A stretch of DNA of 58,982 nt from an uncultured Gammaproteobacteria bacterium (GTDB lineage: Bacteria > Pseudomonadota > Gammaproteobacteria > Steroidobacterales > Rariloculaceae). The position numbers and the translations under genes were made by a program. The notes under the pieces are model-generated. The model saw only the letters and a program-made list of their open reading frames with translations, was not told where the DNA came from and did no database searches. The stretch covers positions 81,111 through 140,092 of the forward strand of contig CAYXNS010000001.1 in the NCBI GenBank assembly GCA_964466315.1, read 5' to 3'. This document shows, piece by piece, positions 50,749 to 58,982 of this stretch. Every line of letters starts with the position of its first letter. Position 1 is the first letter of the stretch.

Positions 50749-51672
50749 ATGCCCAGACCACTAACCAGCCTGTTGCCAAAAAGCCCCATCGGCCGGTATC
50801 TGCAACTGTTGCTCAAGCAACACGCGGGCTACGTGCGACTGGCACGACTGCACCGGCCGATCGGGATCTGGTTGCTGCTTTGGCCGACGCTCTGGGCTTT
50901 GTGGATCGCGGCCGAAGGCGTACCGGACCACAGAATCCTGTTCGTGTTCGTGCTAGGCACGATCGTCTTGCGCTCTGCCGGCTGCATCATTAACGACTAC
51001 GCCGATCGATTCATCGATCCGCATGTGGGCCGGACTCGCGATCGCCCACTCGCAACTGGAGAGGTATCGGTAAGGGAGGCGCTCGTACTCTTTGTCACCC
51101 TCATGCTGATCGGTTTAGGTCTTGTTTTGACATTGAATCGGCTGACGCAGATGCTCGCCGTACTCGGCGCCGCAATCACGGTCGCCTATCCGTTCGCGAA
51201 ACGATTTATCTCGACTCCGCAGTTCGTCTTAGGTATAGCATTCTCCTGGGGCGTGCCGATGGCATTTGCTGCGCAACTCGGGCAGGTACCGCGTATAGGC
51301 TGGCTGCTGTTCGTAGTGACGATGGCCTGGGTCGTCATCTATGACACGGAGTACGCGATGGTGGATCGTGACGACGATTTGAAACTCGGCGTCAAATCGA
51401 CGGCAATATTGTTCGGTGATCTCGATCGCGTTTTCATCGGCGGCTTTCAATTGATGTTCGTGCTCGGCCTGATTCTCGTTGGCCAGAGCACGGAGCTCGG
51501 CGTGTGGTTCCTCGTGGGCCTCGTACCCGCCGGACTGCTCATGTTGTACCAGCAAAACCTGATCAAGGATCGCGACCCGCATCGCGCGTTCACCGCATTT
51601 CTCAATAATGCGTGGGCTGGGTGTTTCGTGTTTCTCGGCATTGTTGCGGCCTACTACTTCAGAGCATTCTAG
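50749..51672 (+). CDS. ubiA: 4-hydroxybenzoate polyprenyltransferase
   Basis: RLHRPIGIWLLLWP, INDYADR..D..V.RT..RP, YDTEYAMVDRDDD. Confidence 0.96.
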   Translation: MPRPLTSLLPKSPIGRYLQLLLKQHAGYVRLARLHRPIGIWLLLWPTLWALWIAAEGVPDHRILFVFVLGTIVLRSAGCIINDYADRFIDPHVGRTRDRPLATGEVSVREALVLFVTLMLIGLGLVLTLNRLTQMLAVLGAAITVAYPFAKRFISTPQFVLGIAFSWGVPMAFAAQLGQVPRIGWLLFVVTMAWVVIYDTEYAMVDRDDDLKLGVKSTAILFGDLDRVFIGGFQLMFVLGLILVGQSTELGVWFLVGLVPAGLLMLYQQNLIKDRDPHRAFTAFLNNAWAGCFVFLGIVAAYYFRAF

Positions 51673-52225
51673 CCACGGCTCAGGCCTCGACGGTCAAAGC
51701 GCCGGCATCACGAAGCGCGCCCGCCAGCGAATTGACGGTTGCTTCCGTCGTAATGACATCATCGACGATCGCGACGTTGCGGCCTTCGAGCGAACGTGAA
51801 ACGGTGAACGTGCCCATGATGCCGGCGTGACGTTCATAAGCATCCAATCCGGAGTGCGGAAGTGTCGGCCGTGAGCGTGCGATGCCCACGAGCAGTAAAG
51901 GGAGTTTCAGTTCAGCGGCTATGGCGCGCGCCCGAGGCTTCGCCCGGAAGAGAATTTCAGTGCGTGGATCTGTGTAGTCGACGGGTAATCGTAACTCAGT
52001 GGCGCGACGATGCGCTCGAGACGCCAGTTGTCATCTTCTCGAGGACAACGGCGTACAGGCTGCTCCAAGCCGCAACCCCGACAGGGCTCGTGCACCGTTC
52101 GGAACTCGGCGGCACAGCCCACACAGAATCCTCGCGCGGACGGCCCGCCACACAGCCGGCAGCGCTCGGGCGGCAGATAGTCGACGATTGTGCTGTAGAC
52201 TTGAGCGAAAGATCTCAGTTGACAA
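51659..52225 (-). pseudogene. comF: ComF/GntX-family competence protein, inactivated
   Basis: N-terminal CxxC zinc ribbons and YDYP...IHALKF in one frame; C-terminal VAIVDDVITTEAT in another; central motif region absent; VEA*AVARML internal stop. 5' end approximate. Confidence 0.9.
52194..52224. promoter_or_regulatory. BirA-like biotin operator
   Basis: TGTAGACT-N15-AGTTGACA upstream of bioB, resembling the proteobacterial TGTAAACC-N14-16-GGTTKACA site. Confidence 0.65.
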
Positions 52226-52246
52226 CTCCCCGAGGCTACCTACGAT
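52219..52246 (+). promoter_or_regulatory. sigma70 promoter for bioB
   Basis: TTGACA-N16-TACGAT; the -35 lies inside the operator right arm. Confidence 0.65.
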
Positions 52247-52290
52247 ACGGGGTCATCGTCCAGAGAGCCGGGCCGGAGAACCAGCGTCAT

Positions 52291-53328
52291 ATGTCCGTAA
52301 GAGTTACTGAAATAGAGGCCCACGTCGGTGCGAGTTTGCCCCTAGCCGGCGCCGAGATCTCATGCGAGCCACGATCGGACTGGACGCAGGCTGAGGTGGC
52401 GGTAATCTTCGAGCTGCCGTTCGGCGATCTACTCTACGGCGCCCAGTGGGTCCACCGGCAAGTGTTCGATCCCAACACTGTTCAGATCTCGACATTACTG
52501 TCGATCAAAACTGGGGCCTGCCCGGAAGACTGTACCTACTGCCCTCAGAGCGTTCGTTATGACACGGGCGTCGAGGTCGATAATCTGATGTCCGTCGAGA
52601 GCGTGAAAGCTGCAGCGCTCAGGGCTAAAGAATCAGGCGCCACACGATTTTGTATGGGCGCAGCCTATAGAGGTCCGAAAGACCAGCAGGTCGAACGGAT
52701 TGCCAAGATGATCGGCGCGGTCCGCGCGCTCGGGCTCGAGACCTGTGCGACTCTAGGCTTGTTGACGGGTCCGCAGGCGCAGAGCCTCGCCGATGCGGGG
52801 CTGGATTTCTACAACCACAATCTCGATACGTCCGAGTCGTTCTACTCCAATGTAATTACGACGCGACGATATGCGGACCGGCTGGAGACACTGGAGTATG
52901 TTCGTGCGGCAGGTATCAAGGTTTGCTGCGGCGGCATTTTAGGGTTGGGGGAGACTCGCGAAGACCGAATTGGCTTGCTGCACGCGCTCGCGACGCTGCC
53001 GACGCAGCCCGAGAGCGTCCCGATCAATCAGCTCGTGCCGGTTCCCGGGACGCCGCTCGCTAACTCCCCGCCCGTAGATGGCCTGGAGTTCGCTCGCACG
53101 GTTGCCGTCGCACGAATTCTCATGCCGAGGGCGCATGTTCGTCTGTCGGCCGGCAGGGAGGAATTCAGCGACGAGCTTCAAGCGCTGTGCTTCGCTGCCG
53201 GAGCGAATTCGATTTTCCATGGCGATAAACTACTCACGACCGGCAACCCGGATACCGAGGCGGACCACGACTTATTCGATCGACTCGGTCTGAAACCCGA
53301 GGCGGCGGGCACGCCGGCCGTTTCCTGA
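52291..53328 (+). CDS. bioB: Biotin synthase
   Basis: [44 protein letters not shown]; ATG 52291 with GGAG upstream. Confidence 0.97.
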   Translation: MSVRVTEIEAHVGASLPLAGAEISCEPRSDWTQAEVAVIFELPFGDLLYGAQWVHRQVFDPNTVQISTLLSIKTGACPEDCTYCPQSVRYDTGVEVDNLMSVESVKAAALRAKESGATRFCMGAAYRGPKDQQVERIAKMIGAVRALGLETCATLGLLTGPQAQSLADAGLDFYNHNLDTSESFYSNVITTRRYADRLETLEYVRAAGIKVCCGGILGLGETREDRIGLLHALATLPTQPESVPINQLVPVPGTPLANSPPVDGLEFARTVAVARILMPRAHVRLSAGREEFSDELQALCFAAGANSIFHGDKLLTTGNPDTEADHDLFDRLGLKPEAAGTPAVS

Positions 53329-53354
53329 GACCAGCCGCGCACTGGGGCTCACCC

Positions 53355-54236
53355 GTGAATAGCTCCGTCCAGATTGGCCTTCCAGGGCGGGCCGCCGCCA
53401 TGTGCGGGTTCGACCGGGTCGCCACCACGTTCGACGATGCCGATTTCGTTCATTGCGAAACTCGCCGGCGGCTGCTCGCGCGGTTGGAGCTCGTGAAGCT
53501 CGAGCCGGCCCGCGTCATCGATCTCGGTGCGGCGACCGGCAAGGGCAGTGTGGAACTCGCTGCCGCGTTTCCCGCGGCGAGAATCATCGCCGTCGATCGC
53601 AGTGTAGGAATGCTGGGCCGGACTCGAGCGCGCTGCGCCGATGAGGCTACGATCGCGGTACTGGCAGGCGATGCCGAGCGACTACCGCTTGCCGATCATA
53701 GTGCCGACCTGATCTTTGCCAACCTCTTACTCCCGTGGTGTGCGCCGGAGATCGTCTTCAGCGAGGCGGCCCGCGTGTTGCGCGAGGGCGGTGTGGTGAG
53801 TTTCGCGACGGTTGGTCCGGAGACGCTCGCCGAGGTCAGACAGGCCTGGTCCGGTATCGACGATGCGATTCACGTGCACGGCTTTGTCGACATGCACGAC
53901 CTCGGCGACCTGTTGCTGCGGGCCGGGTTGACCGAACCGGTGATGGATATCGATACGCTGCATGTCACGTATCGCGATGTGGTGGCGCTCGTCGCCGATC
54001 TACGCGCATGCGGTGCGACCAACGTTGCAGGTGGGCGGCGCACGACTCTGACGGGACGTGCTCGCTGGTCGGCGTTTCGCGACGCACTCGAGGCAACGTG
54101 CGTCGGGGATCGCTTCGCCATAACCGTTGAACTCGTGTTCGGTCAGGCCTTCGGTGGGGGTGAGGTAGCGACGCGAGAGCCAGGCGATGCCGTTATCTCC
54201 GCTGAGGAGATGCTGCGTCAGTTGAGGCGGGGTTAG
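53355..54236 (+). CDS. bioC: Malonyl-ACP O-methyltransferase BioC-like
   Basis: VIDLGAATG SAM motif, GPETL.E...AW, HVHGFVDMHDLGD.L...G..EPVMD. Confidence 0.82.
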   Translation: MNSSVQIGLPGRAAAMCGFDRVATTFDDADFVHCETRRRLLARLELVKLEPARVIDLGAATGKGSVELAAAFPAARIIAVDRSVGMLGRTRARCADEATIAVLAGDAERLPLADHSADLIFANLLLPWCAPEIVFSEAARVLREGGVVSFATVGPETLAEVRQAWSGIDDAIHVHGFVDMHDLGDLLLRAGLTEPVMDIDTLHVTYRDVVALVADLRACGATNVAGGRRTTLTGRARWSAFRDALEATCVGDRFAITVELVFGQAFGGGEVATREPGDAVISAEEMLRQLRRG

Positions 54237-54293
54237 CTGCCGCGAACGCTTGCGTCGGCTGTGCCCGATCGACTCCGGGCGAACGGCCAATTC

Positions 54294-54302
54294 TGTTACA
54301 AT
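54294..54302 (+). promoter_or_regulatory. Extended -10 element upstream of ctaA
   Basis: TGTTACAAT. Confidence 0.45.
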
Positions 54303-54378
54303 CGCGTCCGCGGTGATTGCGCCGCTCCCATCGAGAGCGAGGCCGGCATAGAGCCCGCGGATCTAAGAAGAGACACTC

Positions 54379-55359
54379 GTGCAATTGGACATAATGTTTC
54401 AGCGCCTGGCGCGCGCTGGTACCGTGCTCGCGTTCATCGTCGTGATCGTCGGCGCCTGGGTTCGCCTCACGGATGCGGGTCTTGGCTGCCCGGACTGGCC
54501 CGGTTGTTATGGCCAACTCTTCCTGCCCGACAGTGCGGTCGAGCAGGCGGAGCTTGCGTCGGCTTATCCCGAGAGGCCGCTGGACGCGGGAAAGGCTTCG
54601 CGCGAGATGTTCCATCGTTATCTCGCGTCGACGCTGGGATTCATTTGCGTGCTTCTGGCGGGATTGGCGTGGCACAACCGGAGCGATCCAGCGCAGCCAC
54701 GGCGCATGCCTTTCATACTGCTCGGTGTCGTGATCTTTCAGGGTCTGCTGGGCATGTGGACCGTGACGCTGCTTCTCACGCCCGTCATCGTCATGTCGCA
54801 CTTGCTCGGTGGGCTGACGACATTGGGCTTGCTCTCCTGGCTGTCGCGGTGGTGTTCGCACACGGCGGGCGCCATTGCGGTCTCGGGTGGGCTCGCTCTG
54901 GCCGCGGCCATCGTTCTCGTACTGCAGATATCCTTGGGCGGCTGGACCAGCGCGAATTACGCGGCCCTGGCCTGTCCGGACTTCCCGACCTGCCAGACAC
55001 GCTGGTGGCCACCACTCATGGATTTTCGCGAGGGATTTGTGATGTGGCGTGAACTCGGTATCGATTACGAGGGCGGTGTCCTCGATAATCCAGCTCGAGT
55101 CGCGATCCATTTCACGCACCGGCTGGGTGCTATCGTCGCGGCTGCCTTGGTAGGCCTGCTCGGTTTCCGGCTTGCGCAAAATGCGACAATGCGGGCGGAC
55201 GGTATTACGATCCTTGTCGTGCTGGCGGCACAGCTCGTACTCGGCGCAAGTATTGTTCTATTTGGTGTTCCATTAGCGGTAGCAGTCGGACACAATGGTG
55301 TCGCCGCACTACTACTCTTGACGGTTCTCAATGCTAACCAAAGAATTAACCAACTCTAG
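54379..55359 (+). CDS. ctaA: Heme A synthase (COX15/CtaA)
   Basis: GAWVRLTDAGLGCPDWPGCYG, EMFHR, HLLGG, CPDFPTC, HFTHR; start GTG 54379 or ATG 54394. Confidence 0.94.
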   Translation: MQLDIMFQRLARAGTVLAFIVVIVGAWVRLTDAGLGCPDWPGCYGQLFLPDSAVEQAELASAYPERPLDAGKASREMFHRYLASTLGFICVLLAGLAWHNRSDPAQPRRMPFILLGVVIFQGLLGMWTVTLLLTPVIVMSHLLGGLTTLGLLSWLSRWCSHTAGAIAVSGGLALAAAIVLVLQISLGGWTSANYAALACPDFPTCQTRWWPPLMDFREGFVMWRELGIDYEGGVLDNPARVAIHFTHRLGAIVAAALVGLLGFRLAQNATMRADGITILVVLAAQLVLGASIVLFGVPLAVAVGHNGVAALLLLTVLNANQRINQL

Positions 55360-56245
55360 GCGTCCGTTGCTCGCCGTGTGGCGAGATTACTACACACTGA
55401 CTAAGCCGAGGGTAGTTCAGCTCCTCGTGTTTACTGCCGTCGTCGGCATGTTTCTCGCAACACCCGAATTCGTCCCCTGGGATGTCTTGATCTTCGGCAG
55501 CCTCGGAATCGGGCTAGCTGCTTCATCGGGCGCTGTCGTCAATCATGTACTGGATCAACGTATCGACGCACAGATGACACGCACGCGCGAACGACCCCTG
55601 CCGACGGGACGGGTCGGCGAACGCGAAGCGTTCTTGTTCGCGCTCGTGCTTGGCGTGACCGGATTGACGATGTTGACGCTCTTGATCAATCCGCTAACCG
55701 CATTTCTGACATTTATCTCACTAATCGGTTATGCCGTAATCTATACCGTGTTCCTGAAACGGGCGACGCCGCAGAATATCGTTATCGGTGGCGCGGCAGG
55801 GGCGGCCCCTCCGATTCTCGGCTGGGCGGCCGTGACGAATGAAGCGAGTGGCTACGCGCTACTGTTGTTCTTGATAATCTTCACCTGGACACCACCGCAT
55901 TTCTGGGCGCTTGCGATTGCGCGAAAAGACGACTACGAGAAGGCCAGAATCCCGATGCTCCCCGTAACTCACGGCATCGAGGCGACGAAGTCATTCGTGC
56001 TCGCTTATACAATTCTATTGGTTATCGTATCGGTGTTGCCTTTCTTCATGGGCATGAGTGGCATGCAGTATCTGCTCGGCGCCATTCTGTTGGGCTGCGG
56101 GTTTTTGTATTATGCGCTCTGTCTAAAGCTAGGCGACCAGGATAACATCGCAATGAAGACGTTTGGCTACTCGATCACTTATCTCATGGCGTTATTCAGC
56201 TTCCTATTGGTCGATCACTACATCCCCGCATTCTGGCCCGAGTAA
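55331..56245 (+). CDS. ctaB: Protoheme IX farnesyltransferase (heme O synthase)
   Basis: LTKPRV, D..M.RT..RPLP, LKRATPQNIVIGG, WTPPHFWAL, PMLPV. Confidence 0.96.
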   Translation: MLTKELTNSRRPLLAVWRDYYTLTKPRVVQLLVFTAVVGMFLATPEFVPWDVLIFGSLGIGLAASSGAVVNHVLDQRIDAQMTRTRERPLPTGRVGEREAFLFALVLGVTGLTMLTLLINPLTAFLTFISLIGYAVIYTVFLKRATPQNIVIGGAAGAAPPILGWAAVTNEASGYALLLFLIIFTWTPPHFWALAIARKDDYEKARIPMLPVTHGIEATKSFVLAYTILLVIVSVLPFFMGMSGMQYLLGAILLGCGFLYYALCLKLGDQDNIAMKTFGYSITYLMALFSFLLVDHYIPAFWPE

Positions 56246-56285
56246 CCGCGTCGATCTCAAGGCCGTACGAGCCAGCGTTCCGACC

Positions 56286-58439
56286 ATGGACGTCACCGAA
56301 ATCATCGACCCTCTGAACGAGGCACAGCGAGAAGCCGTCACGGCGCCGCACCATCCGACGCTCGTCCTCGCGGGCGCAGGCAGCGGCAAGACACGCGTTC
56401 TCGTGCATCGCATAGCGTGGTTGATTCGTGTCGAGGGCGTCGCGCCGCAGCAGCTCCTGGCGGTGACGTTCACCAACAAGGCCGCGGCCGAGATGCGGCA
56501 GCGGATCGAAGCTCTACTGGGTTTCCCGACGCGGCACTTCTGGATCGGCACGTTTCACGGTCTCGCGCATCGATTGTTGCGCATCCACTGGCGTGAGGCT
56601 GAGCTTGCGGAAGGGTTCCAGATCATGGATTCCGCGGATCAGCTAAGAATGATCCGGCGCATGTTGAGGGATCTACAGCTCGATGAAAACGAGTGGGATC
56701 CGAAAGAAATCCAATGGTTCGTCAACGTACAAAAGGACGAAGGACTGCGCCCCGACCACGTCAACGATGATGGCAATACAGGTCGCCGGCAGATGATCGA
56801 TTTATACGCGCGCTATGAGAAAGCTTGTGCAGATTCTTCAGTCGTTGATTTCGCGGAGTTGTTGCTGCGTGCGCTCGAACTCTTGAGAGGAAACGGCGAG
56901 CTGCTGGCCCAGTATCAAGCGCGTTTTCAACATCTACTCGTGGACGAGTTTCAGGATACAAATGCGATTCAATACAACTGGCTGAAATTGCTTGCGGGAA
57001 AAACGGGAATACCCTTCGTTGTCGGCGACGACGATCAATCGATCTACCGGTGGCGAGGCGCGCGCGTCGAGAACCTCTATGACTATCAACAGCACTTTAA
57101 GGGAACCGATGTCATTCGACTGGAGCAGAACTATCGCTCGACAGGGACGATACTCAAAGCAGCGAACGAGGTTATCTCGCATAACAGTTCACGCCTGGGC
57201 AAGAACCTGTGGACAGAGGGAAGCAGCGGTGAGCTGATACGCCTCTATGCGGCATTCAACGAACGCGATGAAGCGGACTTCGTCGTCAATCGCATCAGCG
57301 ACTATATCGATGAGGGGCACTCGCGCTGTGATGTGGCGGTGTTATATCGATCGAACGCACAGTCACGCGTGTTCGAGGAGACATTACTCGCTGCCGGTAT
57401 CCCTTATCGTGTCTATGGCGGCCTCCGTTTCTTCGAACGCGCCGAGATCAAGGATGCGCTGGCTTATCTACGCTTGGTTGCGAATCGTGACGACGACCCC
57501 TCCTTCGAGCGAGTCGTCAACACGCCTACTCGAGGTATCGGCGCGCGCACCATGGAGGTCGTACGCGCCTATTCGCTCGAGGCGGGTGTGAGTCTATGGC
57601 GTGCGGCCGGCGGGGTAATCACCGACGGCGTGTTACCGAAACGATCGAGTAAAGCGCTCTGGGCTTTTCTTAGTCTCGTCGATCGTCTGGACATGGAGAC
57701 CCGTGACGTATCGCTGCACGACCAGGTCAGGGAGGTCACTCATGCGAGCGGGCTCATTGCATACCACGGACGCGAGGGGCAGATGGCAGGGGAAGCAAAA
57801 GTCGAGAATCTCGAGGAACTCGTCAGTGCAGCGCAGGGCGTCATACAGGACGAGGACTCGGAATTGCCACCGTTGGCGGAATTTCTGTCCTACGCGGTCC
57901 TGGAGTCCGGTGACGCCCAAGCCGAGGATTACGAAGACAGTGTCCAACTCATGACGTTGCACTCGGCCAAAGGCCTGGAGTTCCCATTGGTGTTCCTGGC
58001 TGGTCTCGAAGATGGTCTGTTTCCGCACCAACGCTCTCTGGCCGACGCCAACGGTCTGGAGGAGGAACGCCGCCTCTGTTACGTTGGCCTGACGCGGGCG
58101 CAGCAGCAGATCTATCTCACGTATGCCGAACAACGTCGGTTGTACGGTACCGATAATTACGGCACGCCTTCGCGCTTTATTCGCGAAATTCCACAAGAGT
58201 TACTCAAGGAGGTTCGTCCAGCCCTATCCGTCTCCCGCCCGATTTTCCGGCCGACGCGACCGCTCGAGAACGAAGCGTCACCTATGCGACTGGGTCAGCG
58301 TGTCCGTCACGGTAAGTTCGGCTGCGGTGTCGTGCTTAATTCCGAAGGCAGCGGATCGCATGCGCGAGTGCAGGTCAATTTTGAGAACGCCGGCACAAAA
58401 TGGCTCGTTCTTGCATATGCCAAGCTGGAACTGATGTAG
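56286..58439 (+). CDS. uvrD: DNA helicase II
   Basis: LAGAGSGKTRVL, VDEFQDTN, GDDDQSIY, LEQNYRS, HSAKGLEF, EEERRL, C-terminal Tudor-like RVRH.KFG; start ATG 56286. Confidence 0.97.
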   Translation: MDVTEIIDPLNEAQREAVTAPHHPTLVLAGAGSGKTRVLVHRIAWLIRVEGVAPQQLLAVTFTNKAAAEMRQRIEALLGFPTRHFWIGTFHGLAHRLLRIHWREAELAEGFQIMDSADQLRMIRRMLRDLQLDENEWDPKEIQWFVNVQKDEGLRPDHVNDDGNTGRRQMIDLYARYEKACADSSVVDFAELLLRALELLRGNGELLAQYQARFQHLLVDEFQDTNAIQYNWLKLLAGKTGIPFVVGDDDQSIYRWRGARVENLYDYQQHFKGTDVIRLEQNYRSTGTILKAANEVISHNSSRLGKNLWTEGSSGELIRLYAAFNERDEADFVVNRISDYIDEGHSRCDVAVLYRSNAQSRVFEETLLAAGIPYRVYGGLRFFERAEIKDALAYLRLVANRDDDPSFERVVNTPTRGIGARTMEVVRAYSLEAGVSLWRAAGGVITDGVLPKRSSKALWAFLSLVDRLDMETRDVSLHDQVREVTHASGLIAYHGREGQMAGEAKVENLEELVSAAQGVIQDEDSELPPLAEFLSYAVLESGDAQAEDYEDSVQLMTLHSAKGLEFPLVFLAGLEDGLFPHQRSLADANGLEEERRLCYVGLTRAQQQIYLTYAEQRRLYGTDNYGTPSRFIREIPQELLKEVRPALSVSRPIFRPTRPLENEASPMRLGQRVRHGKFGCGVVLNSEGSGSHARVQVNFENAGTKWLVLAYAKLELM

Positions 58440-58470
58440 ACTACGCGCGAATTTCGCGCAACATCCCTTA

Positions 58471-58982
58471 ATGAATATTCTTATTCTGGGTGCGGGGCAG
58501 GTAGGTACGACAGCTGCCTATAGTCTGGCTCGCGAGGAGGCTAACGAGGTCACGATCATGGATTGTGATCCCGAAGTTCTACGCGAGTTACAGGACCGCT
58601 TGGACGTTAGAACCGTCGTAGGCCACGCGGCCCATCCAGATGCGCTCGAACGAGCGGGAATTGCCGATGCTGACATGATCATCGCGCTGACGAACAGTGA
58701 TGAGATCAACATGATCGCCTGTGAAGTCGCTGGCCATCTCTTCAAAACTCCCACGAAGATTGCGCGAATTCGATCAGCCGAGTACATGGGGCATGAGGAG
58801 TTATACGGTCCAGAACACGTATCCGTGGATGTGAGGATCAGCCCCGAAGAACTCGTCACGAACCATATCGGTGAGCTCATTCATTTTCCGGGCGCACTTC
58901 AAGTGCTCGAGTTTGCAAACGGCAAAGTCCGTCTGGTTGCAGCCGTTGCCCATGAGGGTGGCGCACTGGTCGGACACCCGTT
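58471..58982 (+). CDS. trkA: Trk potassium uptake protein TrkA (5' part, runs off window)
   Basis: MNILILGAGQVG...ADMIIALTNSDEINMIAC...TKIARIR...ISPE...PGALQVLEF; not in the ORF track. Confidence 0.94.
   Translation, partial: MNILILGAGQVGTTAAYSLAREEANEVTIMDCDPEVLRELQDRLDVRTVVGHAAHPDALERAGIADADMIIALTNSDEINMIACEVAGHLFKTPTKIARIRSAEYMGHEELYGPEHVSVDVRISPEELVTNHIGELIHFPGALQVLEFANGKVRLVAAVAHEGGALVGHP

Noticed and set aside
51862-52290. Apparent 143-aa N-terminal extension of BioB
   Set aside because: It is the antisense of the comF pseudogene and spans the bioB promoter; ATG 52291 has an RBS.
56163-56285. N-terminal extension of UvrD, and a possible LexA box
   Set aside because: The extension overlaps ctaB, and no CTG-N10-CAG site is present in the 40-nt spacer.
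58445-58459. GCGCGAA-T-TTCGCGC palindrome between uvrD and trkA
   Set aside because: Short and GC-rich with no U tract or usable loop; may be chance.
1-58982. Frequent TCGA/CGATCG words as a HIP1-like repeat
   Set aside because: Plausibly explained by ATC/GTC/CTC-GAN codon pairs, and I could not count them against a background model.
1-58982. tRNA, rRNA, CRISPR array, IS or prophage, defence system
   Set aside because: No cloverleaf, spaced direct repeats, or transposase/integrase motifs were seen. The dGTPase is the housekeeping aroB-linked type.

Overview
GC-rich, gene-dense core-genome segment of a gammaproteobacterium. The gene order resembles Xanthomonadales/Steroidobacterales/Woeseia-like lineages (inference from synteny only). 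Contents in order: hslVU-DUF971-ubiEJB; CinA-like, EEP and DUF2007 genes; a complete trpEGDCFBA operon; SLC13 permease; ABC exporter; ppc; ycgN; hprA; ybbA/tesA; fadD; DUF445; pyrF; dgt; aroKB; pilMNOPQ; ponA; gltA; rpmE; rdgB-rph-PP2C; yicC-gmk-rpoZ-spoT-ridA-recG; ubiA; bioB-bioC; ctaA-ctaB; uvrD; partial trkA. I found no tRNA, rRNA, CRISPR array, transposase or prophage gene. Signals that the ORF track misses or miscalls: (1) the pilQ amber stop is followed with zero spacer and in frame by 369 codons of a start-less Ig-like/invasin-type coding region (readthrough fusion versus precise deletion); (2) a DnaA-box triad with Fis/IHF-like sites and an AT-rich tract between rpmE and rdgB (DARS-like or oriC-like); (3) a full Trp-Trp leader-peptide attenuator, probably leaderless, before trpE; (4) a multiply inactivated comF overlapping a BirA-like operator; (5) several normally adjacent partner genes are missing, suggesting ongoing gene loss. 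All homology calls come from motif recognition, not database searches.
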